DNA of 64,000 nt from Camelus dromedarius (Eukaryota), in contig NC_087437.1 in the NCBI RefSeq assembly GCF_036321535.1, positions 109,430,001 through 109,494,000 of the forward strand. Reading direction: 5' to 3'. The notes under the pieces are model-generated. The model made no database searches, was not told where the DNA came from, and worked only from the letters and a program-made list of their open reading frames with translations. Positions 1 to 13,060 of the stretch are shown piece after piece. The position numbers and the translations under genes are program-made. The first letter of the stretch is position 1; each line of letters starts with the position of its first letter.

Positions 1-539
1 ACAGAACTCAACAGATATTTGAATTAATTTGCGTGGATAGGTGAATGGCTAAGACCTAAGTAAATTTTGTTTCTGTAGTGGTTCATTTTACTTATCTTTT
101 ACAATCCAGGTAAATTCCCACAAGTTCCGTGGTCCTCCTCTGACCACTGAGATTCAAGGAGAACTCTTCTATCAGTCAATACATAGTCCTTTTTATTTCA
201 CTTAATATGAATACTGCTTTGTGACTTTTCTTGAATGGCTGGAAATCTCACCTTTTAAAATGTAAGCTCCAAGTGTATAGGCGAGTCTTTGTCCTAAATT
301 GGAAACAAGCAGTGTCACCCACAGCTCCATCTAGGGTACTTGCTAAATGCCCTGAATGTTAAAAAAAAATGCCCAAATCTGCTCCTCAATTAGTGTCCAT
401 GTCTGGGTATGAGACTCTGCTCTCTTCCCTGTGTAACATTTCCAACATCCATATGACAAAGTGAGAGGTCTCCAGAGATGCTGATGGCTCTAGCAATGAC
501 CCTCGTCAGCACTTGTGTTACTGGGACACATAACTATTT

Positions 540-574
540 TATATATATATATACACACACACACACATATATAT
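540..574. repeat. Compound (TA)n(CA)n(TA)n microsatellite
   Basis: tatatatatatatacacacacacacacatatatat read directly. Confidence 0.9.
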
Positions 575-2134
575 GCACGTGTAGCCATCACTGAATCCAG
601 GCAGACAGCTGACCACAGGGGCAGCTGGCCAGCAGAGAAACATGTTCATTTACATACTGACCCATAACTTACAGCAGAATTTTTTTTAAACATATGACTC
701 AGATATATGCAGTTCATTGCTGTTGTGCTAACAGATTAGTATCTTCATCACTACCTCTCGTCCCAACTTGTCTCAGGTAGAACATCTAACAGAAGTATTT
801 TACTTCAGTATTTATTCATGGTTTGTGTAAACATCTTTGAAACAATCATCTCAAAATTCTTTCATGAGAAATTCATGAAGGCAAAATACTTACATGCCTA
901 AGTCCTAGGTAGTCACTGATGCAAAACTGAATAATTAGGACCACTTTATTCCAGCATGAAACAGAAAACAGAGTTATTTTCCTTTTAATAAGACTTCTAA
1001 ATTGGGAAGTGGGATGGGTCAGGAGGGAATTTCTGACACCAAATCATTAAAAATGATTTAATGAATATGGATGTATTTGAAAATTTTAATTAAACATGGT
1101 TTCATATTATAATTTGTTCTGGTATTTTATTAACATATTTCCACGTTTAACCATCAAAATATGCACACAATCACGCTAACAGTTTTTAATCATTTGAGAG
1201 TCACTCTAGTAACGTGTTTAAATTTTTAAAATGCCAAAATTTTCTTTTATTTGAATTAGTATAGCTTCTGTAAAGTGTTTAAAGAACCCAAAGCTCATAC
1301 TGTGTTATTCCTTCAAAAGACACTCATTTCGTTTTCTCTCAGAGAATTTCATACAAATATTTGGCAGAATAGGGATTCATAAATTCAGAGTGTAAGATAT
1401 GAAATAGCAGCTTTATACGGAAACATGAGTCTATTAAGGGGCTAATTATATTTAGTCCTATTTTCATTTGATGGCAATTGACTTTTGTTGTAAGATCAGC
1501 AGGGTGAGTGGCCATCATACTGGTGTATTTAGGACTGGCCATGGTCTTGGTTAAAGCAGAGGTCATACTGCTTAGAGAAGTGTAATTATTGAGCTTTGAT
1601 TTTTTTTTTCCTCCTATAACAAATGAGCTCCAGTATTCATGGAAAAGTTGTTCATACACCTGAAGTCACATTGATGTGAGAATGCCGACCTGCTCAGCTA
1701 TACAACCCAAATTAGTAGGGGCTGGAGCTCATTGAGCAAATGACATCCCCTTGGGGAGAATCACACCAAGTGACATCAACCAGGAAGCACCTTTTGGCCC
1801 TAACAATAGTTACAATATCAAAATACTTCTACACTATTAGGTAAATATCTGCTGCCTTTAGCGCCTGGGAGCGCCTTCTCCCCAGCCTCCATCGCTATTC
1901 CAGTCCCACAGATCCCTCCTGGGAAACCACCTATACTCCTTGAGTTCTAGAAAGTTAAATACTTGACGTGGGTAGACTCCTGCTTCAGCTCGGGGACAGA
2001 TAGATCCATCCTTATTAGTTTATGCCAAGCCTCCCAGGTGTTAAATATTTTGATTATCACTCCTGGAGTCATAGTATCAGCTTGCTAGCTTGTTAGTTGA
2101 GACTCACCTATTTTCAAAGGGCCAGGGTGTCTTC

Positions 2135-2158
2135 TGTGTGTGTGTGTGTGTGTGTGTG
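2135..2158. repeat. (TG)12 microsatellite
   Basis: Perfect TG run. Confidence 0.95.
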
Positions 2159-4532
2159 TATTTTAAGTCATTTTGGAAGATCTGTTTCTTTTCACAGGAA
2201 TATTTATTTCACTCCATTGACTCTTTCTAAATGGGAATGTTTAAATACTCTGTTTTGGTTTTTTTTTTAATTGAAATGTTATGTCTTGGTCTGTAAGGTA
2301 AGAAAATCAATCTAATAAAATTTTGTTCATTACTGAAAAAGGCCTCAAGTCATAGTTTAAAAGCACTTGCTGCCCTTTTATATTTAAATTATAAAAAATA
2401 TTTTGATTAAAACTAGTTTTTGAAAGTATATGATTGGTCTGTAACAGCATCAACACTCTTAGGAATGAATCTCTCTTGCCACCATCTTGGAGCTTAATTA
2501 AAGATTTCCAACAAACTGGTGTATATAACTTTCTACATACTATTTCAACAGAGCCAAGATTCAAAGGTGAAGTGTTTCAAAGTACAAGGACACAGTCTTC
2601 CATGTAACCAAGGACAAAACTTTATCCCTCCTATGTTTTTGGAGAGGAACACGATTAACTACCTGTCATTTCCCTTCTTTTTTTTTTTTTTTTTTGAGTA
2701 AAAAAACTAACTGCAGGCATAAAATTTTCCCTATTAAGAAAGGGCACTGGTTAAAACCAGGTTGTAAATTCACATATTTTAAGCCCAAGTAAGAGATCCT
2801 TCAAAGGTTCAAGTACTAAAAGTGTGCAAAGAGCCACAAACAAATTAAGCAGAAGAAGCTCGCACAGTAGGTGGGCCCATTTGCTTCGCCACTGTAGAGT
2901 TGTGTTGGCACTGTTAATTACATGTATTGTAAACATTATGCTCCAGGTTTTTTAAAATTTATATGGGTTTTGCAACTATATATTTGATATATTCTTCTGT
3001 GTCACAGTTTATGTCCTAGATTTAAATTTCCTAGAAGCCAATCACTGTATTCCTTGCTCTTTTGTTTAAACCTATATTTCTTCATTTAGGAATACAGGGT
3101 AAATGAACAGACATTGTTAAGGATGACAGTGGTAACAACGTTGTGAAAGAGGAGGCTGAAAAAGATAGATAAGTATAGAACATATCAAGTATAGATGGAA
3201 CATGTAGTTAAATTCCTCATTAGGAAGTCTGGGGAACCAATGCTTTATAACCTGTTACAAAAATATGTGTTTGTATCAGTTACATTAAGACAAAGCAACA
3301 AGGAACAAGGCTCTTGTTTGCTCTGTATCAGTACAAGTTCTGCTTTTGAACATTCTGCATGCAAAAGAATTGGCAAAAGATAAATGCACAGGACACAGAG
3401 TGTCCTGATTCTTCTAGGTTCCAACTCATTTTGGCATAGGGCAATGTATGCTGGAATTACTTCAAAATGAGCACTAGCAAATGTTCATATGAAAGGGCTG
3501 GCCTTTCTTCCCCTGTGCGAGGTAATTAGCGTCACCTTTGGTATTCTCATGGTTTCTTCCTTGTCTATTGTAGCTGTGCAATTCTTTTTGATACATGGCC
3601 ACCTGTCTTTCGCCAAGGTAGAGTCATGAATGTTTCCTTCCACCTCTTCATCACACCCTACAAAGAGCACACACTACTTCATCAAACCTAGGCAGTGACT
3701 AGATAATCACACTGAGGTTCCTATATATCTCTGTAAGTCAGAGCCGGTGCTTTCCAACCTCTTACACACCTCAGCTCATCCAGAAAGTGATAAAAAATGT
3801 GTATAGCACACACTGGGACCTAAGGTGGGGGGGACGTGGGTGGGAGTCAGTATCCCAGAACATTTGTAATGTATTCACGGGGCATGCATGCATCTGGTGG
3901 GGAATTCTGTCATGAACTAAGGCACTTTGGACTGCCTCCCTTCAGCCTGAAATAATAGCAAAGCAACAGACCTTCTCAGGTCTTGTCCATCCTTTTTTTC
4001 CATCTGAACAGTCATTCATTCATTCTATCTAATTTGTATTGTTAGGCTATATATAGCTAGATTCTACCTCTCTACACTAGATGATGCAGAAATGATGATA
4101 CAAAAATAAAGATGCCACATTTTCTGCTACTCAGTGGATTTACATATTTCTCAAGATAAACTCTACCCCAGGACATTTTTCCCCCCTCTGCTTTCCCCTC
4201 TAACTCTCTCTGTCTTCTCGGTGAATTATCCCATCCTTATACCCAGTGGTTTCTTGGTTTATCAACAGTTTTCCTGGTTTTCTGAACAGTCAGCCTGCTT
4301 TTCTTTTCCTAAATATATTATCAATACAACCTGAAAATATTACCCAACATCTTAAGCAAATCAAACTCTGTTAGGAAAATAGAACTTAATAAATTCTAGA
4401 TACAGATTTGTTCTAAGGAGATAATCACAATTGAAACAGAAGTTAAGGAAACTGGACATCTATTGAATGTCAATGTATAGAACCACGTGCTGTTTCTTGA
4501 CCTCCTTATTTTCCAAAGCTGGAACCCTTGGT

Positions 4533-4712
4533 CAGGGCTGCCTTCGTGGGTGTGAGGCCATGCAGCCACACTGGGTCCCATGCTTAGAAGGACCTCATAC
4601 TTGCTATCATGCTCTACTATTGCCACCTTGAATATCTCAATCATTTTTGGACAGTGGGCCCACAGTCTTACTATGCACTGGCCTGTGACTTTATGAAGCA
4701 GGTGCTGCCCTG
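4533..4712 (+). mobile_element. hAT-Tip100 MITE, MER45A-like
   Basis: About 180 bp, begins cagggctgcc and ends ccctg; internal text (cttagaaggacctcatacttg, gccaccttgaatatctcaatcatttttggacag, atgcactggcc) follows the recalled MER45A consensus. Confidence 0.75.
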
Positions 4713-6147
4713 AAAATATTATACTGTGGTTAGTTCGTTCTTTGTCTTTGCTGCTAAACAGTCCGTTGAAACCTGTAGTTGCTTTGACAATGGGCAGCCT
4801 TAAACGATGGAGGAACTGAGGAGTCTGGAAATCTGTGATGGCCGTGCTGAGGACATGCAGCCCCGCTGAGAGGTCCCTCTTCCTGCCTTCTCTTTTCAGC
4901 CATCAACTAGTTCAGCCACTCAGCTGAGGTGTTAAGAATAGCAGTCAGTCTGCTTATCAGGGGCTGCCTTCTGTTGCTCCTGGCAAGGTCCAAGGAGACG
5001 CTCACCTTTGGTGATATTTCTCTGCCAGCCCTCATCCCTTGAACTTTCCTTCTTCCAAATCATAACAGAGGCAAAAAAAAAAAAAAAAAAAATACAGGAG
5101 AAGAGAGAAGGCCAGATCTCCTGCCCCTCCGCTCTGCAGTGAGCTCTGTCTAGCTGTGTGGCATTTAATTCCCAAATAGGTCCCAAGTTTACTCCTGTTA
5201 CCATGGTGATGAGTTGCTCTCTACAAAGTCATTTTTTACCTTTCCCTTTCTTCAGCAGGAAATTTGCATTTTATAACTTTCCCTTTAAAGCCTGTTTTTC
5301 TTAGCATCCCAGCTTCACTTCTTTCACTGGATGAACAGACTTCCTTTTTACATGATTTAACTTTTTTTTCTTTACTCTATCACATACCTTTATAAGAAAC
5401 TGTACCTTAAATCTCACCATAGTGTGGTTGAATATTTGGACTGTGTAAGACGAGTATTAATGTAGTTTATATCAACAAAATACTGCTCACGTACTTGTAC
5501 TTGGCATATAATTTGACTTGCTATAAAGTTAAGATGTGCAATGAAGAGATTACTAGGATAAAATGTTCAAGAGAGGGGATAGTTCTAAAATTTGATTATG
5601 GGGTTGAAATCTAAACCTACACAACCATGTATCACCCCAATTAAAACGAGAGAAAAAAATCCTGGAGAGATAAGAACCACATTTATTTCCTAGTGTAGAA
5701 CAGGTAGATGGTATTTTATAAACAGTGATTAAAAAGTAGACTATACTTAATCTTTTAACTTCCTGTTGATAAAAACAGGTGAACCAGAAGTTTAGAAGAG
5801 GTTGTCATAGGTGGTCTAAACAAGAAAATTTGGCCTTTTCAATGAAATTGACTTTTTAGTGGAGGTGGTTGGAGTTCACTTTAACCTGTAATCATTGGCC
5901 AAGGATCTTAGGTGAACATCAATTCAAGATTCACTGTTTCAATACATTTTAATTGAATAGTTACTTAGTTGAGTTATTATGCTCCAACTTTGCTTAACTG
6001 ATCAAATCCAGTCCCAACCCTGGTAACCTTTGTCTACTGAGGATGTCAGACAATAAAAGAAGACGACAAAGGGATCCCGTGTCAAGACAGGAAATAAGGT
6101 CTGTACCTAAATTAGCCTAAGGAAGAAGAGCTCATCCCTGACTGTAC

Positions 6148-6288
6148 GTTAGACTCTTGTTAGAAAACTTAAAAACAAAAACCAAGAAAATGATCCAATT
6201 CTCAGTCTCCATCCTATACCAAGTAAATTAAAATCTTTGGAGTTCAGCTTGAGACAACAGTGCTTTCACAAGCTCCCCAGGTGATTGT
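6148..6288 (-). mobile_element. Partial MER5A-like hAT-Charlie MITE, inverted relative to the next copy
   Basis: cttgttagaaa...cacaagctccccaggtgatt matches the reverse complement of MER5A. Confidence 0.6.
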
Positions 6289-6295
6289 CCCAAGT

Positions 6296-6482
6296 CAGGG
6301 TTCCCCGAACTTCAACAAGCACCAGAATCACCTGGAGCACTTTTTAACCACACATTGTTGAGTCCCAGCCCCAGAGATTCTGATTCAGTAGGTCTTGGGT
6401 GCAGCACTAGAAGTTACATCTTTACCAAGTTCCCAGGTGTCACTGAGGCTAACAGCCAGGGACCACATTTTCAGAACCAGTG
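6296..6482 (+). mobile_element. MER5A hAT-Charlie MITE
   Basis: cagaatcacctggag...ccccagagattctgattcagtaggtct...aagttcccaggtg...gggaccaca...agaaccagtg closely follows the MER5A consensus over full length. Confidence 0.9.
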
Positions 6483-6499
6483 TTATTACAATCACCAGG

Positions 6500-7060
6500 A
6501 AGATTTCCCAAGGCTAGAAGGATGTGTGAACAAAGAGAGAGCAGGTCATTGGGAGGATCTGGGACCATGAAGAATGACTTGTGAAAAGATCCAGGTCAAG
6601 AAGGAGCAGCTGAGAAATTGAAAAAAGACCTATTATGCTTGGAGTACAGAGAGTGATGTGAGGAGTGTTTATGGCTACAGCTGAAATGGCAATCAGGGAT
6701 CAGATCTTGAGTGACATTGTAAGCCATATTAAAGAGTTTGCATCTCATCCTCCAGCCAATGGTAATTGACTGAATGTCTTCAAATAGGGAGATGACTCAA
6801 TCTGATCCCTAATCCTCAGTTTGGAAGGTTGACGCAGGTAACAGAGTCAGACTACAGTCAGGCTGTTGCAGTAATGCCAGTGGCAGAGCAGATGGAAGGA
6901 GGTAAGAGAGATCCAAGAACGCATCCATAAAGCACTAAGACTAGTTGAGTAGTGTGGGTGACAGGAAGGGAGAAGCCAAGGTTGACTCCCACTGTGGGCT
7001 TGGAGAGCTCGGCAGAGCATAAGGCCACTTGCCACGATGTGGAACAAAGAAATTGGGTCA
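6500..7060 (-). mobile_element. L2 LINE fragment
   Basis: Purine-rich L2 antisense text, e.g. gatcagatcttgagtgacattgtaagccatattaaagagtttgcatctcatcct and gaagggagaagccaaggttgactccc. Confidence 0.7.
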
Positions 7061-7070
7061 GTGATACACA

Positions 7071-7215
7071 CTGTGAATGAACTTCAGGAGATCTAATTGT
7101 CTTGCTTCAGGTTCCCTTTTTGTAAAAGAGCAATAAACATCTAAGTCAAAGGGTCATTGTGAGGATTAAAGGAGGCCATGGGCGTAATACTCAACATTCA
7201 CCCTTGCGTGTAAGT
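7071..7215 (+). mobile_element. MIR SINE fragment
   Basis: cttcaggttccctttttgtaaaagag...gggtcattgtgaggattaaagga resembles the MIR core. Confidence 0.65.
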
Positions 7216-8573
7216 TCTCCTACTTCCTGCTTCCTCAGCTTAATATCTATTCTCTGTGTCAGCTGAGGAAAGCCAAGATCCCCAAGCACATAACTGATCT
7301 ACGATAGTGTTATTCCCCCTTCTTCCACATCCAAAATGTATATGCTTTTAATCCTAGTAAGGTGACAGAAAGCCAAGGTGGTTTTCTCTTGCTATGCTGG
7401 AATCAAAACATAGGATGAGAAATTCTTTATTTTCTCATTTTGCCAAGGTTTGCAAAATGAAATTTAAAAAATTAAAAGTGAGTTTCAGGAAATATTTGAA
7501 GCAATACTCAAGTCCAGTTCTGTGAAGTGACTCTGTTTCATAACAGCAGTTTATTGTTTTGTGCATGTATTGGGGCCGTTTTATGAAAGATATTTGATGG
7601 ACAAGACTGATGTCTGCTTCATATGCTGATGCTTGTCAGGACTGCTCTGTGTGTTTAAGCTTCAGAGGAAATTATTTGAGGTAAGATAGAACAAATCCAT
7701 CCAATAATCAACAGTGTTTTAGTAGGGTTTTACACTACACATGCCCTATCAACAATTCAATCTGGTGACCATGGCTCTGTTTTGTTCTGTTCCCTACCCT
7801 AAATGGGTAACCACAATTGAACTCCACGTTTTCCGGCTAGTTGCTTTGGGGTGAACGGGTGGTTTTGAAATAAATATGGCCTCCCAGGAAGAAATCCTTA
7901 GAGTCTCAACTTCAGTGAAAATTTGCTGGCTTGACCACTTCTGAGGAAGCTGGACATGGGATTTGTGACCTGCTCCTCTGACACTTTTATTTCTTATATA
8001 ATTAAGCCAGAAGTCTTTTCAGAGAAAAGCAAATTATAATAATTCAAAATGATTTGGAAAAATGTGTTAAAGTCCACTTCCTTGAAATATTCCACTTGGA
8101 AATATGAGATAATACACCCAGGAAAATAAGCCTTCCTATTTGGTCTGAGAACATGGTGACCTCACAGATTCATCTTACTGAACACAAGGCAAGCTCAGTT
8201 TAGGATGAGTCCCCGAAAAGAAGCAGAAATATTCTACTTTCCTAATTCATTGAGAATTACTCTTACAAAGATGACATATTTGCTTTCAACCCCCAAAGCA
8301 ACAGCCATTTTTAGACTTTATTTATCCTCAGAAAAATATGTCAAATTTCCTTGACTCCACATGAAATGCATGTGATAAATCAGACAGAAAAACTATTTCC
8401 TCATTTGCCATGAATAAAATATTGTTGGAGAAAGAGAAACTGAGAGAGAGAGAGAGAAACAGTGTGTGCATGTTTTGGGGGCGTGTGTGTGTTAGGAAGC
8501 TTGTGATCTTTAGTTATATGAAGTTTATTTCTATTACAGTTAGACAACAGTTGTATAATTTGACCTTCCACTC

Positions 8574-8621
8574 TGTGTGTGTGTGGGGGGGGAGGGGGGG
8601 AGAGAGAGAGAGAGAGAGAGA
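8574..8621. repeat. Compound (TG)n-G8AG7-(AG)10 simple repeat
   Basis: Read directly; a shorter (GA)n/(GT)n tract lies at about 8441-8492. Confidence 0.9.
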
Positions 8622-9094
8622 TCTGACTAGAGTGAGGACGTAATCATTCCATCTGGACGTAAGCATCTTTAACAGTCAGAAAAAGTGAACTTCAGGTTGA
8701 TTCAAGAGCTGTGCAAGAAATTCTACAAGGGAAGACTTGATGGCCATAAATAAAGCATGCAACATGAGCCCAAATGCGTGTTCTCTACTCAATATCTTTT
8801 CTCTCAAACAACTTAGAGGCTCAGTGGCTGAGCCAAACCAACTGGACTCTGAAAGTGTCACTGATCTGCCATGTGTTGAATTCCTTTTAAAAGACGTGAC
8901 CTCATACAAAGCTACATCTGTGTAGGAGTAACTTTTGCTGCAGGTCTCTAACTGACAAAGTGTAAGTACTCTAGTTGATGAAGGTTTATTACTTACATGG
9001 CTGTGACCTGCACAAGGCCAGTGCAAAGAGGGAAAACAGCCCATGCCTGGATTTTCTCCTTGGAGCACTAAATGCCGAGAAATAACTGAATTTG

Positions 9095-9190
9095 AACTTT
9101 GTGGTCCCGATTAAGTTATCTAAATTCTTTGACCTCAAATTTACTCATCTGTAAAACTGGGCTAATCGTAGCTATTTTATAAGTAGGTAC
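9095..9190 (+). mobile_element. MIR SINE fragment
   Basis: aagttatctaaattctttgacctcaaatttactcatctgtaaaactggg matches the MIR core. Confidence 0.7.
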
Positions 9191-10099
9191 TACCTTTAGC
9201 TAGGAAGAGGAATACTAGCTAGAATCTGTTTACTTTGAAATTAGTAGATGTTAGTTGGAATTTCCTGAAACTTACTTGTGGGGAAAACCACTTTTTTAGC
9301 AACATCACTCTTTTCAGCCATGTCCATGCGATTAAGAGAGACCTCCAGGATTTATATATTTTGGATTTACATTAAATATACCCATCTTGCACATGCTTAT
9401 CTGTTATTTTATAGAAACATGATTGGCATATTTACAAACATGGTGACAGACAACTTCAGGGCATTAGACATTTCAGGAAAGGACACACATTCTGAAAAGA
9501 AAGTGGGTGATGTCACTTCGATTGTTCAGTGCTGTCAGATGTCCCAGAGGTTGCCCAAGGCTTCACTTCACTTTGTGAGGGATACATCTGCCTGAAAGAG
9601 TAGAGACTTTCCTAGGACGCCCTGCCTGCAAGAGTAGAAACAGAAGCAGTTCAATTGAAGCAGGCAGGAGAACAAGCAGCTTCGGGGGAATTGGGGCAAG
9701 CATCCCTTGTGGGCTCAGCGTCACTCTGTTGCTTGGTTTCAAGCCAGGAAACTTGTTTCTGATATTGTTTTTAATTACAGAAGAAGCATCTTATGGATTT
9801 CCTATCCGTCTTAATAGCTCATTTCAATATTTTGTAACTAAATCACTCTTGCTTCTGTCACATCTGCCTTACATTTGACACATTGGAGGGTGAGGGGAAA
9901 ATGATTAGAGACAATGTTTATATGAAAGTAATGTCAGGGGATCTGCTATGCCTGGATTCATTATTTCTTCCCACACCTGAAATTATGCCATCTCCTCACT
10001 TCAAATTATAAATATAACATGTCCTCATCTGGAATAGCTAAGTATACAGAAGGAGTACTGAAGAAAAAAGGAAAAAAAGCATCTAAAATCTCACTCCCA

Positions 10100-10930
10100 G
10101 GGGTGATACTGATGAATATTTTTGGTGACCATTGTTTCAGACATCTCTTTGTACCCGTATGCACACACACACATCTGTATACACATATATGCCCATATGT
10201 AAATATGCAAATTTATGTATAAATGGGATCGTATTATATATGCTTCTTTGCAACATGATCCTTTCTTTTTTCCTTCCTTTCTTCTCTCCTGCCTTCTTCC
10301 CTCTCACCCTTTGTAAATTGCTTCCTCTCTTCCCTCCTACCTTTCCTCCTTTTCTATCTTTTATTTTTCTGTTCAGGAATAGAAAGTTGAATTAACTATA
10401 TACATCAATCCATTATTATTGTAGTCTACGCTATATCCCTCTTCATAGTTTGATGTATGTTTGTTTATGCCATTTTGTCCCTGTTCCCCACTCTCATGAC
10501 TGTCTTCCTCATCCAGAGCTGACCATTCAATGGGTTTAATGCACGTCTTTTTGTTCGTATCTGGAATATGTCTACAGTTGTTACATTTGCATGCACTTTT
10601 AATTTACATGAATGTTATTGTTTTGTTTTGCAGATACTCTTGTTTCTTTTCTTTCTTTCTTTTTTTTTTTTTTTTGCTCAAAACTATCTTTGCTGTTACG
10701 TGTACACCTAATCCATTGCTTCTAACTGCTGCCTGTTGGGTCATGCATTGCATCCTCTATTCATTCCTCTGGGATGGGCATTTGGTTATCCCCTATACAA
10801 AGCTGCAGCAAATGCTTTGTTAGATGCTTCCTTATGGGTTTGTGAGAAAACTTCTTTGAGGAGTAGAATTGCTGAGTCATGGAGAGAGTTTACACTTAAT
10901 TTGACTAAATGTGCCAAATTTCACTGGGTC
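10100..10930 (-). mobile_element. Old L1 (L1M/L1ME-like) 3' fragments
   Basis: aaatgggatcgtattatatatgcttctttgcaac and gatgggcatttggtt...gagtagaattgctgagtcatgg are typical antisense L1M 3' text. Confidence 0.65.
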
Positions 10931-11339
10931 ACAACTAGTGATTTTAATGTTAATGGAAACTCTGGTTTTATTGCACAGAATCGAGATTTCTCAGAAGGAC
11001 AAGAGATGGTCAATGAACTGAGATGAGCATCAACTCTCTGTTATCCCCTTAGGACGATGGGCAAGTTTCTCTGCCTGGCTCAGTGTATGCTTGTTCTAGG
11101 GTGGGAGACAAAAGCTTAGGTTATCCATTTAACATATTTGAAGATTTGAATTAATATTTCTGACAAAATGGACAAAGGCTTCCCATGGGTGAGGTCACAG
11201 ATTTGAAACTGTTGTTTTCTCTCAAAGAAAATGGGTACCTTTCTCAGTTAATAAATATGAGTAACTTGTTCCCTATTAATGGCTCCAGAGAATTCCTTTG
11301 CATTTCCTTTTACTTTGCTTCATTTTATCAACCCTTTAG

Positions 11340-12350
11340 TGATACACATTGAGGATTAGTTTTTTTTTTAAATTATTATAAACAATACTTCAGTGAATAT
11401 CTTCACTCATATAAATTTTATGTACTGTTCATTTTTCTCCTTAGTGAAAGATCCTAGATATGAAATTGCTCCAGTAGAAGTCACACACATTTTACTTTTT
11501 GATATGCACTGTCAAATTTCTCTATCAAATGCTGTACATTTTTATACAGCCTCACATACAATGTATGAAAGTATCAAATTTCCTCCATTCTTGACAGTGC
11601 TGAATTTATCAATCCCTGGTAATCTGATATTAAGTTTTATAGTTATTCTTTGAGTAAAGATGAATATTTTAAATATATTTATTTACCTTCTTTCTATAGT
11701 TTTTGCATCTTTAGCAAATATTTTTATTAGAATATTTGTATTATTATTATTTGAAAGATTTCCATGAGGGCAAAGGCTCTGCTAGCATCATTGACCTCAA
11801 TTTCTTCTTTATTAATAATTAATAGCTTCTTGATAAACAATTTATTGAATAAACATTAATATTTTGTCTGTCATATTGTTGCAGTTTTTAATGTTTGCTT
11901 TTAAATTTTATTTTGTTTATTTTTGCTGCATATCTCATCTATCTATGTACATATATTTAGACATAATCAGTCTTTTTCCCTGTGATTTTTGACTGTCACA
12001 TATTTTTAGTCCTCTTTATTCCCAAAAGTATAAGCATATTTGATGCCTATTTTACTAAAGTACTTTTGTGCTTTTATTTTTTAACATTAATTTTTTCTAA
12101 TCCATGTGGAATGAACTTGGTGAGATTAATGGACGAGGGGTCTTGATTTTCATTTTTCCAACCAATTTTATTGACCAGTGTGTCTTTTACACATAATCTC
12201 ATGTTTATCTTATACTAAATTCCTGTGCACACTTGGATCCATTTAAGACTTATCTAGTCACTCCCACTAATTTCTTACTTAGACTATCTTTCTTATAATT
12301 TTAATTTTATTTATTCTTTTTGTGTATTAAATATGTTGTCATTTATTAAC
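11340..12350 (-). mobile_element. Old L1M ORF2 3' region, degraded
   Basis: gaaattgctcc...tgcactgtcaaatttctctatcaaatgctgtacatttttatac...acaatgtatgaaagt and ctaatccatgtggaa are antisense L1M motifs; T-rich. Confidence 0.65.
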
Positions 12351-12599
12351 ATCAGTCCTTGGTAAAACCATTTTAAAAACTGTATTGCTAGTAACCAGAT
12401 AATGCTAGTTACCAAATACAGTAGTCTTTAAGCTTCCCATCAATTCAATCTACATTTAACTGTTCTGTGTTTTATTCCTAGGGTCTTGCACAGTACCTGG
12501 GACATAGTAGTTGTATAATATTTGTTAAATGTTTTCAGTGAATAAGTACTGTCTTTATTATTATTTATGTAGTCATTTAATTGAAGTACTGTCTTAATT

Positions 12600-13060
12600 A
12601 TTACTTATTTAGTCATTTAATTGAAGTATAATCAGTTACAATGTGTCAATTTCTGGTGTACAGCATAATATCCCAGTCATACACATACATACATATATTC
12701 ATTTTCATATTCTTTTTTACTAAAGGTTATTACAAGTTATTGACTATAGTTTCCTGTGCTATACAAAATAAATTTGGTTTTTTAATCTATTTTTATATAT
12801 AGTGGTTAACCTTTGCAAATCTCAAACTTCCAAATTTATCCCTTTCCAGCCCTTTTCTCCTGGTAACCATATAATTGTTTACCATGTCTGTGAGTCTGTT
12901 TCTGGTTTGTAGATGAGTTCATTAATGTTCTCTTTTTTTGTTTGTTTGTTTTTGTTTTTAGATTCCACATATGAGTGACATCATATGGTAGTTTTCTTTC
13001 TCTTTCTGGCTTGCTTCACTTAGAATGACGACCTCTAGAACCTGGAGGTCATAATTCTAA
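12600..13060 (-). mobile_element. Camelid/cetartiodactyl L1 3' end, 5'-truncated, with a 23-nt 5' inversion
   Basis: aattgaagtataatcagttacaatgtgtcaatttctggtgtacagc...tagattccacatatgagtgacatcatatgg. The minus strand encodes the ORF2 C-terminus LEVVILSEASQKEKENYHMMSLICGI*. Confidence 0.9.

Noticed and set aside
1339-1659. 106-aa minus-strand ORF
   Set aside because: Non-ATG start, runs through an A10 tract, no recognisable domain or matching donor site; the length is within chance expectation.
8676-9068. 130-aa minus-strand ORF overlapping a 62-aa plus ORF
   Set aside because: GTG start, no protein similarity I recognise and no exon-like boundaries.
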